The notes under the pieces were generated by a model. The model saw only the letters and a list, made by a program, of their open reading frames with translations, did no database searches and was not told where the DNA came from. Positions 11,283-21,041 of a DNA stretch of 64,000 bases are shown here, piece by piece. The stretch lies in the IMG/VR virus record IMGVR_UViG_3300021979_000001, positions 258,948 to 322,947 of that record. One strand, 5' to 3'. This stretch comes from a virus (taxonomy: Duplodnaviria > Heunggongvirae > Uroviricota > Caudoviricetes). Position 1 is the stretch's first letter, and every line of letters starts with the position of its first letter. A program made the position numbers and the translations under genes.

Positions 11283-12329
11283 ATGTCTTATAATATTCAA
11301 AGAACCGATGGCACTTCACTTGTAGAAGTTATTAACAAAAGTATCGATACAACCACATGCCCGATTGGTTTTATTGGGTCTGGTGCAGTTGCATTTGGTG
11401 ATACCCTTAATGAAAATCAGTTTCATATTCTCGAAAATTTTGCAAACACAACCTCCCCAGCCGTAAACCCACCCACTGGTATGCTTTGGTTTTCAAAAAC
11501 TGACCAGAAATTAAAAGTGAATATCGGCACACCGGATTCGCCAGATTGGGATTCTCTCGGTGGTGTGACTGTTTCCGGCACCGAACCGTCAAACCCAACC
11601 CCAGGACAACTTTGGTATGATCAAACAAGTAAAGCCCTGATGGTCTGGGACGGATCGGTTTGGAAACCAATTGGTGGGTCTTATACGATCACAACCGATG
11701 GAGCGGGCACAGCAACAATCAATATTGGTGAACACAATCTTGTTGCCTGGATTTCCGGGGAACAAATCATTGGTGTGGTCAGTGATAGTGTTATTGCGGC
11801 GGGCGATTTGCCATCCACGATTTCGATTGAAGATATTATTTTCACGTTTGCCAGCCGTTTTCCAAATGGTATCCGCGCCGGGATCACTCTTGCGTCGGGT
11901 GCAGGTTACGTTCTTGGCGGGACTGCCATTCAGGCTCAATATGCCGACGTAGCTGAACGGTATATGACCACTGAAATACTTATGCCCGGTGATGTCGTTA
12001 GCATTGACGTTATGGGCGACGGTGAAGTTTGCCGTTCAAGAGTGAATAATGACTTTAACGTGTTTGGTGTTATTTCAACCAATCCTGGCATCGAACTTAA
12101 TTCCACTGCCGGTGATGATAATACACACCCATATGTGGCCTTATCTGGTCGAACTCCATGTAACGTTATTGGCCCCGTTAAAAAAGGTGACCGATTGGTT
12201 TCATCTGATACACCAGGTTACGCGATGGTTAACAACGATGCAGATTATCGGGCCGTGATTGGTCGCGCACTACATTCATCATCAACTAGCGAAAAGAATG
12301 TAATCGAAATTGTAATTGGATTAAAATAA
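11283..12329 (+). CDS. tail fibre-like protein with C-terminal YADxAE (chaperone/autoprocessing-like) domain
   Basis: N-terminal NEN.FH.LENFA and P..G.LW(F/Y) repeats; C-terminal AQYADVAERY...GVISTNP...VALSGRTPC.VIGPVKKGD. Confidence 0.7.
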   Translation: MSYNIQRTDGTSLVEVINKSIDTTTCPIGFIGSGAVAFGDTLNENQFHILENFANTTSPAVNPPTGMLWFSKTDQKLKVNIGTPDSPDWDSLGGVTVSGTEPSNPTPGQLWYDQTSKALMVWDGSVWKPIGGSYTITTDGAGTATINIGEHNLVAWISGEQIIGVVSDSVIAAGDLPSTISIEDIIFTFASRFPNGIRAGITLASGAGYVLGGTAIQAQYADVAERYMTTEILMPGDVVSIDVMGDGEVCRSRVNNDFNVFGVISTNPGIELNSTAGDDNTHPYVALSGRTPCNVIGPVKKGDRLVSSDTPGYAMVNNDADYRAVIGRALHSSSTSEKNVIEIVIGLK

Positions 12330-13265
12330 ATGGCATATGCAAAAAGTTCAGTAATTAGTGCAGCAGACATCAAAGGGTTTCAAGATCGTGTCATGAAACT
12401 TTGGGGTCAAGGCACGGGTGATTACGGATACGGACAGACTGGCTATGAAAGTAGCCCGGTCCCGGTATCTGGTGGTGTAATCGACGCCCAAACATTTCGT
12501 GACATGCGCGATGCCTTAAATGTGATGATCCAGCATCAAAACAACACTGTTCCGACTGCATTGCCACCATTGTCAGTTCTGGAAGTGGGTGATGTTGTAA
12601 CAGCACATGAAAGTGATGCCCCATCCAATAATGCGTATGATTTGAACTCGGTTATTTCCCAGGCAGAAACAAACCGGTTCGTTGGTGATAGTTCGTCTAT
12701 GGTGCTGGAAAGTTCGGTAGAAACTGTGGTTCATACCGGTAACTGGTCAGATACGATCACCACCGTTATTGATTGTGAATTTGCGTCCGAAGATGCGGCA
12801 AGATATTTCTTTAATACTGGCGGTCAAATTCGCATGCGATTTTTACATCCAAACGGGACATCAACACAAGACGATGATTGGCGCGATATTTTTACCAATA
12901 AAGTTGGCACCCTAACGTTTGGAACCCATTTTACATCAAATACCGGCACAACAAATGCTTCACTCGCATCGGTTGGTTATTACGAAATGACATCCGCAGA
13001 CAAAGTGATTTATAATGGCGCAAATATTGGTTCGGGTGCCTATACTGTTAATGACTTGATGGTTTATGCATCTTATCAAAATTATACCGGGGTGCGTGGC
13101 GCAAAAGGAACAACCGTTCGCTTCACAATCAGCATGTTTGACCAGCATACTAACGTATATAGCGACGTTGTTGCATCTGGCACGAGCGTTAAATTTGATG
13201 TATACCGGTCATCCACATATTTTCCAGTGGCATCGCCTGTTTTCAGCATTGTTGATCCTCTTTAA
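12330..13265 (+). CDS. tail/virion structural protein
   Basis: 311 aa directly after the fibre gene; GxGDYGYGQ and ARYFFNTGGQIR motifs; Thr/Ser/Gly-rich. Confidence 0.6.
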   Translation: MAYAKSSVISAADIKGFQDRVMKLWGQGTGDYGYGQTGYESSPVPVSGGVIDAQTFRDMRDALNVMIQHQNNTVPTALPPLSVLEVGDVVTAHESDAPSNNAYDLNSVISQAETNRFVGDSSSMVLESSVETVVHTGNWSDTITTVIDCEFASEDAARYFFNTGGQIRMRFLHPNGTSTQDDDWRDIFTNKVGTLTFGTHFTSNTGTTNASLASVGYYEMTSADKVIYNGANIGSGAYTVNDLMVYASYQNYTGVRGAKGTTVRFTISMFDQHTNVYSDVVASGTSVKFDVYRSSTYFPVASPVFSIVDPL

Positions 13266-13347
13266 TTATTTCAAAATAATATAGACTTTAAAGGCCCTGG
13301 AATGTTATTTTTGGTTTACCAAAATTTCAGAATAGGGCCTTTAAATT

Positions 13348-13701
13348 ATGAACACTGATGATCGCCTAGATAAAGCACTGGATCACGCAAATTACGTGTC
13401 ATCACTGACAAATCAGCTTAAAGCTGCGTGGCTTAAAACCGAAACAAAACTGAACTATGCAGTCAATGGTGGAATATTTCCGATCACCATGGAATTGATC
13501 AGTTTTGTCGATTGTTTGATCCGAGCCGGGCACACTGAAACGATTCTGTTCGATAATAAAAACAGACCAATCAAAATCCAAAACCTTCCCGATTTTTATG
13601 CCGAAATAATGTCATTGTATCACGAAACCGCAAATGGTTATTACAATGATTATGAAAATGTGCGCAAATCACGTAATGTTGCAAAGGTGGTTGGCCTATA
13701 A
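13348..13701 (+). CDS. hypothetical protein (first gene of the enzyme cluster)
   Basis: 117-aa ORF whose stop overlaps the next start (TAATG). Confidence 0.7.
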   Translation: MNTDDRLDKALDHANYVSSLTNQLKAAWLKTETKLNYAVNGGIFPITMELISFVDCLIRAGHTETILFDNKNRPIKIQNLPDFYAEIMSLYHETANGYYNDYENVRKSRNVAKVVGL

Positions 13702-14600
13702 TGACTTCTCGTGGTTTTCTTATGTTTGCCCATAATAATGACCAAGTGCATTATGGGGCTATTGCATTATGTAACGCGCTGATGATTAAACATAATCTTG
13801 AAAATTCAGATGTATGTTTGATCACCGATGAAAGCACTATTCGCGAAATCAAAATCAGATGTGGTGAAGAAATGTTCGAAAAGGCATTTGACCATGTTGT
13901 GATTGATGATAGCAAAAACCGAAAGGGAAATACACAGGAACGTAGGTTTAATGACACACGTCATACCAATCATGATCTATTGTGGTATAATCAGTCTCGT
14001 GTAAATGCATTTAATTTATCCCCGTTCGACGAAACAATCCTGATTGATTGTGATTATCTTGTCATGAATAACATGTTTGATAAGGTGTGGGGAATTGCGG
14101 ATGACTATCTGATTAATAAACACGTCGTTACCCTGGAACATAAGTCAGCGGATGCTGTTGATCAACGATTATGCCCAACTGGTATACCGATGTATTGGGC
14201 AACATGCGTGTATTTCAAAAAAACCGATGCCGCTAAACTGCTATTTGATTTGGTAGAGCATATTCGTAATAACTATGAATATTATCAGTTTTTGTATGAT
14301 TTTTCCGGGGTTGTGTATCGGAATGATTATGCATTTTCAATTGCAATTCATATTTTGAACGGTTTTACGGAAAACAACGACAATGCATTCCCAACACCTT
14401 ATATCCTTACCAGTTTTGATTGTGACGATATTCATTCGATACCAAATATTAATGAAATCGTGTTCTTTGTTAACAACACAACAGAACAATGGAAATTTAT
14501 GGCACATCGAACAAAAGATTTGAATGTCCATATTTTAAACAAATTCGCAATTGATCGACAGGTTTCTCGCATAATTGAACTGTATGGTAAAACACAATGA
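13701..14600 (+). CDS. glycosyltransferase-like protein (GT-A fold, GT8-like)
   Basis: VCLITD, FDHVV, SPFDETILIDCDYL (DxD), YRNDYAFSIA. Confidence 0.65.
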   Translation: MTSRGFLMFAHNNDQVHYGAIALCNALMIKHNLENSDVCLITDESTIREIKIRCGEEMFEKAFDHVVIDDSKNRKGNTQERRFNDTRHTNHDLLWYNQSRVNAFNLSPFDETILIDCDYLVMNNMFDKVWGIADDYLINKHVVTLEHKSADAVDQRLCPTGIPMYWATCVYFKKTDAAKLLFDLVEHIRNNYEYYQFLYDFSGVVYRNDYAFSIAIHILNGFTENNDNAFPTPYILTSFDCDDIHSIPNINEIVFFVNNTTEQWKFMAHRTKDLNVHILNKFAIDRQVSRIIELYGKTQ

Positions 14601-15469
14601 ATAGAACATTTGAACGTGATCGGGGATTTGTCACTTTTGCACAAAATGGACAACATGACTACTTAAAAATGGCATATGCCCTGGCCCTTAGCATTAAAGC
14701 AACACAGTCCAATTATGGACATTTGTCAGTGTTTATTACCCCCGGTATGACAATTCCTGGCAAATACAAAGAAGTGTTTGATCATGTCATTGATATTCCA
14801 TGGGGTGATGAAGCCGAATGGGCAGACTGGAAACTGCAAAATGAATGGAAAGCATATCACATCACACCGTATCGGGAGACAATCAAACTCGATGCCGATA
14901 TGCTTTTTACCAGTGATGTATCAAGCTGGTGGGATTATATGGCAGTTCAAGATGTATGCATGACAACTAATACAAAAACATATCGAAACGAAGACATAAC
15001 AAGTGATTTCTATCGCAAGGCATTTGTCGCAAATAATCTACCAAATGTTTATACCGCGTTTATGTATTTTAAATATAGTGATCTCGCACAGGAAGTATAT
15101 CAACTGGCCGAAAATCTGTTCCATTATTGGAATGAATTATCGTTTAAGTATCTCGATGATGCCGAAACCAGACCTGACCAACCATCAACGGATATAGTCT
15201 TCGCTATGGCGGCTAAAATGGTTGGTGAGCGACTTTGCACGGTTTCTAATGGGGTAGCACCATCTTTCGTTCACATGCGCTCCAAGGCGCAGAAATGGCC
15301 GTTAAAAGGATATACCGAAATCTGGACAGATCATGTCCCGGTAGGTTTAACGGACGATTTACAACTAAAAATCGGTCGCCATCGACAAACCTTACCGTTT
15401 CATTACCACATTAAGTCATTTTTGACGGATGATGTGATTAAAACATATGAAAAAGCATTGGGTATTTAA
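14597..15469 (+). CDS. glycosyltransferase-like protein (GT-A fold, GT8-like), paralog of the preceding gene
   Basis: YLKMAYALALSIK, FDHVI, TPYRETIKLDADML (DxD), PSFVHM, PFHYH. Confidence 0.65.
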   Translation: MNRTFERDRGFVTFAQNGQHDYLKMAYALALSIKATQSNYGHLSVFITPGMTIPGKYKEVFDHVIDIPWGDEAEWADWKLQNEWKAYHITPYRETIKLDADMLFTSDVSSWWDYMAVQDVCMTTNTKTYRNEDITSDFYRKAFVANNLPNVYTAFMYFKYSDLAQEVYQLAENLFHYWNELSFKYLDDAETRPDQPSTDIVFAMAAKMVGERLCTVSNGVAPSFVHMRSKAQKWPLKGYTEIWTDHVPVGLTDDLQLKIGRHRQTLPFHYHIKSFLTDDVIKTYEKALGI

Positions 15470-16440
15470 TGTCTAAATATATAATCGTCACGGATGACCA
15501 CAATACTACCGATGATGTTATGCAAAAATCGGGTAAAATTTATTTCAAACCGCCATTTGGTGAAATCGTTGCCGTAAGTGGGCATGATGATAAAATTTTA
15601 TCGGAAAAATATGACAGCATCACAGTTGATAACGAAACAATCACAAACTTTCATAATGGCAGTCTGCAAGTTGAGGATTTTTTAGTTAGAACGACATTGG
15701 AATCACCCGATCAACCGGTATTGATACAGAGTCGATGCGTTATTACCGTTATTCCTGGCACCAGTTTTACCGAGATGGCACATGAGATGCCTGATACCAT
15801 GATCACGGCACGAACTTCCATTGATCGTGTAACGCGGACACTCGTGGTTAATATCGAAACCAAGTTTGAAATCGCCACGGATGCAACCAAAGATCAAACC
15901 CTTGTTTTATTCATTACCAAAGGCGATGATATTACCCAATTGTTCGCACAAGTGAAAGTATCATTGCTCGAACTTGCACGAGAACGATGGGTTGCTGTCC
16001 CGTTGCCCGTTGCCAAACTTCCCGAAAATTTAACTGTTTTTTACAAAGACATCATTGAAGGGATGTGGTTCGATGCAACCGAAACAGCCGGACATCGTGC
16101 CCGTTTGCCTATTGGTAGCATGGCAAAGGTAAAAACGTTTGAACGCGCACAGGTGCATCCTGACTATCCAAGTGTTGTAGCAACGATTTCTGACAATGAA
16201 TTAACGATCACAAAATATCTAGGTGGTGGTGCCCCAATATTATCAAACATCAAACAAATTCCAATTTTGATTACTGAAAAAGGTAACGCAGATAAAATAT
16301 TTTTTTCTGCTATCATTTCAAAAAAAGAAATAGACGGTGATGATCCTATTTCGTTAAAAGTAAAAAATATTCCAAATCGTTTTGATTTGGTTTCATTACC
16401 AATTTTCCACAATATGGTTATAATCGATGAAAACATTTGA
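15469..16440 (+). CDS. hypothetical protein with an internal two-domain repeat
   Basis: 323 aa, translationally coupled; LFITKGDD...LP.NLTV resembles ILITEKGNAD...IPNRFDL. Confidence 0.65.
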   Translation: MSKYIIVTDDHNTTDDVMQKSGKIYFKPPFGEIVAVSGHDDKILSEKYDSITVDNETITNFHNGSLQVEDFLVRTTLESPDQPVLIQSRCVITVIPGTSFTEMAHEMPDTMITARTSIDRVTRTLVVNIETKFEIATDATKDQTLVLFITKGDDITQLFAQVKVSLLELARERWVAVPLPVAKLPENLTVFYKDIIEGMWFDATETAGHRARLPIGSMAKVKTFERAQVHPDYPSVVATISDNELTITKYLGGGAPILSNIKQIPILITEKGNADKIFFSAIISKKEIDGDDPISLKVKNIPNRFDLVSLPIFHNMVIIDENI

Positions 16441-17317
16441 TATTACTGAATTTGATTTATTTTTACTGTCATATGATGAACCGAATGCAAATGAAAACTG
16501 GTCCCGATTATTGGAAATTGCCCCGTGGGCAGAACGTATTCATGGCGTCAAAGGGTTTGATGCAGCACATAAAGCAGCAGCAAATGCTAGTTCAACGGAC
16601 TGGTTCATCACCGTGGATGCGGATAACGTGGTGCGCCCCGAATTTTTCAACCTGAAAATCGATCTGGATGTAGATGCAACACCAAATCGGTGTTTCTCGT
16701 GGAATGCTGAAAACAAAATCAACGGGTTAATGTATGGCAATGGCGGACTGAAACTTTGGTCTAAACAATTCGTGATGAATATGCTGACCCATGAAAACGC
16801 AAAAGATAGCCAAACCTCGGTGGATTTTTGTTGGGAAACCGATTATGTGCAGAAACCGGAAACATATTCCGATGTGTATAATAATGGGTCGCCTTACCAG
16901 GCATACCGAGTTGGTTTTCGTGAAGGTGTTAAACTATCGCTTGACCGTGGACATCGGATAATGCCATCAGACATGACATCAAAGTTGCATCCTTTGAACA
17001 TGCGGAACCTTCGTATATGGGGATCAGTCGGGGCAGATGTTGAAAATGGCGTGTGGGCAATGTATGGTCTACGCAATGGATTAATGCATATGTGTAATAT
17101 GACATGGGACCACACCAAAATTATTGACTATGCGTGGTTTGACGAACATTGGAAAACTGCCGGGTTCGATAATATCATTGATCCCAATTCTGAACTATAT
17201 GATCGAATGGACGAAATGGGTGATGACATATTTAAACAAACCAAAATTTATATGCCATTACTTGGACAACGGGAATCGTCGTTCTTTCGGGAAACATACG
17301 CGCTACGTAATATTTAA
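16427..17317 (+). CDS. glycosyltransferase-like protein (GT2-like)
   Basis: FLLSYDEP, RIHGVKGFDAAHKAAA, WFITVDADN (DxD), YGNGGLKLW, AYRVGFREGVKL. Confidence 0.7.
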   Translation: MKTFDITEFDLFLLSYDEPNANENWSRLLEIAPWAERIHGVKGFDAAHKAAANASSTDWFITVDADNVVRPEFFNLKIDLDVDATPNRCFSWNAENKINGLMYGNGGLKLWSKQFVMNMLTHENAKDSQTSVDFCWETDYVQKPETYSDVYNNGSPYQAYRVGFREGVKLSLDRGHRIMPSDMTSKLHPLNMRNLRIWGSVGADVENGVWAMYGLRNGLMHMCNMTWDHTKIIDYAWFDEHWKTAGFDNIIDPNSELYDRMDEMGDDIFKQTKIYMPLLGQRESSFFRETYALRNI

Positions 17318-17368
17318 AATGCTGGAAATATCAGACATTATTCACTTAACAGGTATGAAATTATTAAA

Positions 17369-18826
17369 ATGACAAATGTTCCTGACAATATCGCCGGTGA
17401 CGGTGTATTTGACGACATCAATGGCGACTTGAAAAGTGATTATATGTCCGATGCCGAGCATATGGCAAAAAAGCTGGATACTGTGTCATCTAGCTTTTGT
17501 CTTGCCAAATGGACGCAAGTGTCTATCCATTTAACAAATGGACATACCCAGTCGTGCTATCATCCGAAAATTCATCCCATTCCGCTTGACGAACTGAAAA
17601 AAAGTCCATCCGCATTGCATAATACCTGTTTTAAAAAAGAACAGCGTAAAAAAATGATTGATGGGGTGCGGCCCGCCGAGTGCGAATATTGTTGGAAATT
17701 TGAAGATACTGGACATTTGTCAGACCGTCATTATCGGTCTGGTGAACCATTTGCCGCACAACGTTTTGATGAAGTGGTTGCAGCAAAATGGGATGCTGAT
17801 TTTACCCCATCTTATGTTGAAGTAAATTTCAATCAGGCATGCAATCTTAAATGTTCGTATTGTTCACCGCATTTATCGTCATCCTGGCAAGCTGAAATAG
17901 ATCAGTTTGGGCCTTACCCAACATTGGTCCCGCATAATAGTATCGATGCCTTGCGATCAAAAAATATGATGCCAATTCCAAACCGTGAACACAACCCGTA
18001 TGTTGACGCATTTTGGGAGTGGTGGCCCGACCTATATACAGAATTGAAGGTATTTCGCATGACCGGCGGGGAGCCGCTTATGGATAAAAATACATACCGA
18101 GTGATGGATTGGATCATTGATCATCCTAAAAAAGATTTGGAATTGTCCATAACTTCCAATTTGTCGGTTGAACCCGCACTTTGGAAAAAATTCATATCCA
18201 AACTAAATGAAATTGATAAAGATCGTAAAGTAGATCACTTTATGCTTTTTGTGTCGGTTGATAATTATGGAGACAAAGCAGAATATATTCGAAACGGTTT
18301 AGATTTCAATCGGCTTAAAGCCAATGTTGTTGATTATCTTTCAACCGTCAAACATGGATCATTAACATTCATCGTGACATATTCCTTGTTTTCCGTTTTT
18401 GGATTTCGTGATTTCCTAAAATGGGTGTTGGAATTGCGCGCCCAGTTTAGCGATACCCGTCAAAAAATTTGGTTTGATACCCCGGTTCTCGATTATCCAG
18501 CATGGCAATCTGTTAAAATGCTACCAAAAGAACATTGCCTCTATGTTGAACAAGATATTTCGTTCATGCAAAAGAACCTGGAAACCCGAGACCATCGACT
18601 AAAAGGGTTCAAAGACTATGAGGTAGCAAAGCTAAAACGAGTGCTTGACCAAATGCAGCAACATATGCCAAAAGAGCAGATGAAAAAAAATATGGTAAAT
18701 TTTTATCGTTTTTTTTCAGAGCATGACCATCGGCGTAATACCGATCTGCTTAACGCATTTCCTGAATTACAGGATTTCTGGCAAGAATGTGTTCTGTCTG
18801 ATTTGGAGTTAACCAATGAAAAATGA
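17369..18826 (+). CDS. radical SAM enzyme with N-terminal Twitch-like auxiliary cluster (rSAM-1)
   Basis: CNLKCSYC (CxxxCxxC), TGGEPL; N-terminal FCLAKW...SCYHP...ECEYCW. Confidence 0.9.
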   Translation: MTNVPDNIAGDGVFDDINGDLKSDYMSDAEHMAKKLDTVSSSFCLAKWTQVSIHLTNGHTQSCYHPKIHPIPLDELKKSPSALHNTCFKKEQRKKMIDGVRPAECEYCWKFEDTGHLSDRHYRSGEPFAAQRFDEVVAAKWDADFTPSYVEVNFNQACNLKCSYCSPHLSSSWQAEIDQFGPYPTLVPHNSIDALRSKNMMPIPNREHNPYVDAFWEWWPDLYTELKVFRMTGGEPLMDKNTYRVMDWIIDHPKKDLELSITSNLSVEPALWKKFISKLNEIDKDRKVDHFMLFVSVDNYGDKAEYIRNGLDFNRLKANVVDYLSTVKHGSLTFIVTYSLFSVFGFRDFLKWVLELRAQFSDTRQKIWFDTPVLDYPAWQSVKMLPKEHCLYVEQDISFMQKNLETRDHRLKGFKDYEVAKLKRVLDQMQQHMPKEQMKKNMVNFYRFFSEHDHRRNTDLLNAFPELQDFWQECVLSDLELTNEK

Positions 18827-19295
18827 GATGAACATTAAGCTATCAGACCGATTTACTTGCGGATATACAAAGGGTGAACTTTGGCAAACCGAAATAAAAA
18901 AGGTTGCATCCACCGTTAAATGCGAAATGGTCTTACCAGAAGATATTGAGGTAAGAACAACACACCCGAACCAGCTATATTTTGTTCACGAATATTATGG
19001 ACCAATCGGCGAAACTCATTTGTCGTATTCAAGCGACATTACATCGAACAGCCATTGCTATTATTCATATCAACCGGCAATTTATGCAGCATGGTTAGTC
19101 AAGTCTATTATTAGCAAGGCAGGTAACAATATACCGACATTACGGACGGATAAAGGCGTAGCATCATTTTGTGATAATTACCCAACCCTCCAAAGCTATT
19201 ACATGTATATACTTCAACCCTCGATTGAAGATGAATTGCTGCGTTTAGTGTATATTCGAAATACCTATGGAGGTATAATAGATCGTGTCAATTAA
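18816..19295 (+). CDS. hypothetical protein
   Basis: 159-aa ORF overlapping its neighbours in the operon. Confidence 0.55.
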   Translation: MKNEMNIKLSDRFTCGYTKGELWQTEIKKVASTVKCEMVLPEDIEVRTTHPNQLYFVHEYYGPIGETHLSYSSDITSNSHCYYSYQPAIYAAWLVKSIISKAGNNIPTLRTDKGVASFCDNYPTLQSYYMYILQPSIEDELLRLVYIRNTYGGIIDRVN

Positions 19296-19683
19296 CTGTA
19301 ATCAAAAATTTCACCTATTGCCACCAAAAACAATAATAGTAACCAAATCATATGCAACCAATGTGGATAACACAATAGAAAATATAGCAAAACAATATAA
19401 TATCGAACTCATTGAAACACCATTATATACAAAGTGTGTGGATCATCGTGATAATAAAATCATGAAACGGAGTGAATTAGATATTGACATTATACACTAT
19501 TCGTTTTCACCAGGACTATCGTTATTGGGATATTGGTTTTATCATCGTGTTTCTTTCGATGAAGAACTAAGTTTTAGTGAATTTTATATTGAATACAAAG
19601 AAAACATGCTAAAACAAGATCGATTACTTACTATGGTTGAATTAAGATCGAATTTTTTTGATTACATTTCTATATACGGGTGA
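19285..19683 (+). CDS. hypothetical protein
   Basis: 132-aa ORF with GTG start, preceded by GGAGG. Confidence 0.55.
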   Translation: MSINCNQKFHLLPPKTIIVTKSYATNVDNTIENIAKQYNIELIETPLYTKCVDHRDNKIMKRSELDIDIIHYSFSPGLSLLGYWFYHRVSFDEELSFSEFYIEYKENMLKQDRLLTMVELRSNFFDYISIYG

Positions 19684-19691
19684 TAAAATAA

Positions 19692-21041
19692 ATGCCAAGA
19701 CAAGACAATGAAACGTATGATGAATATCGAAAGCGGATTATTGATCCAATTTCAAAATCGTTTTGTGCGGCCAAATGGTATAATGCAACAATTTGGCTTG
19801 GATCAGGGATGACCACTTCGTGCCATCATCCATTACCACATAAAATTGATCCCGACTTAATTAAAACCAACCCAAAATTATTGCATAATACTCCACAGAA
19901 GAAAGAAGCCCGCCGCCAGATGCAATGCGGGGAACGTCCCGGCGAATGCGATTATTGCTGGAAAGTTGAAGATATTAACCGTGGTAATGTATCAGATAGA
20001 ACATTCAAAACCGTCATTTATGATGATGATGATATTAAAACAATCAGCACAATGCCGATTGATCAGGATGTTGATCTGAAAACGCTTGAAATTTCATTTG
20101 ATCGGGCGTGCAATCTTGCGTGTTCGTATTGTAACCCGGCGTTTTCAACGACTTGGGTGCGTGACATTAAAACAAATGGTCCCTATACTGATTTGGTAAC
20201 CGACGGACGGGGGCATTTCAATCACTCTCACGATTCTTCTCAATTATTCAAATTCACCGAACCAAATCCATACATAACTGCATTTTGGGAATGGTGGCCT
20301 GATTTATCAAAATCACTAATGGAATTGCGGGTAACCGGTGGTGAGCCAACCATGAGTGGTGATTTTTGGAAGTTGTTGAATTGGTTTGTTGAAAACGAAG
20401 GATCACATATCCGGTTTGCGACGAATACCAACCTATGTATGAAAGATGAATTGTTAGATCGTTTGTTAATCGCCGCTGATAAAATTAATGATTTCCAAAT
20501 TTATACCAGCAACGAATCATCCGGTCAGATGTCTGAATATATTCGGGATGGATTAAACTGGGATACATGGGTTTCTAATTTTGAACGAGTGGCGGAAACC
20601 GGTAAAATACAATTAAGCATGATGATGACAATTAATGCATTATGCTTATATGGCCTGCCCGAATTTTTAGATCAGCAAATGATTTGGAAACAAAAATACG
20701 GAAAAGATTATCCATGTTTTTCTGTTAATATTTTGCGTTTCCCAAGTTTTCAAAGTGCGTTAGTTCTTCCCGAAGAATTGCGCATGGAACGCAAAGACGC
20801 CATCGCAAAATGGTATTCGGCCAATAAAGATAGCAAACTATTGCATGAGTTTGAACGTGCGCAATTGCAACGTCTTATTGATTACTTGGATGTGGTTAAA
20901 AGTCCACACGAATTGGCAGCAGATAGAAATCTGCTCGAACGCGATTTCAAACGATTTTATGAACAGTATGACAAGCGCCGGGGAAAAAACTTTATCGAAA
21001 CCTTCCCGGCATTAGCTGATTGGTATAATGGCATCGCATGA
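19692..21041 (+). CDS. radical SAM enzyme with N-terminal Twitch-like cluster (rSAM-2)
   Basis: CNLACSYC, TGGEPT; FCAAKW...SCHHP...ECDYCW. Confidence 0.9.
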   Translation: MPRQDNETYDEYRKRIIDPISKSFCAAKWYNATIWLGSGMTTSCHHPLPHKIDPDLIKTNPKLLHNTPQKKEARRQMQCGERPGECDYCWKVEDINRGNVSDRTFKTVIYDDDDIKTISTMPIDQDVDLKTLEISFDRACNLACSYCNPAFSTTWVRDIKTNGPYTDLVTDGRGHFNHSHDSSQLFKFTEPNPYITAFWEWWPDLSKSLMELRVTGGEPTMSGDFWKLLNWFVENEGSHIRFATNTNLCMKDELLDRLLIAADKINDFQIYTSNESSGQMSEYIRDGLNWDTWVSNFERVAETGKIQLSMMMTINALCLYGLPEFLDQQMIWKQKYGKDYPCFSVNILRFPSFQSALVLPEELRMERKDAIAKWYSANKDSKLLHEFERAQLQRLIDYLDVVKSPHELAADRNLLERDFKRFYEQYDKRRGKNFIETFPALADWYNGIA

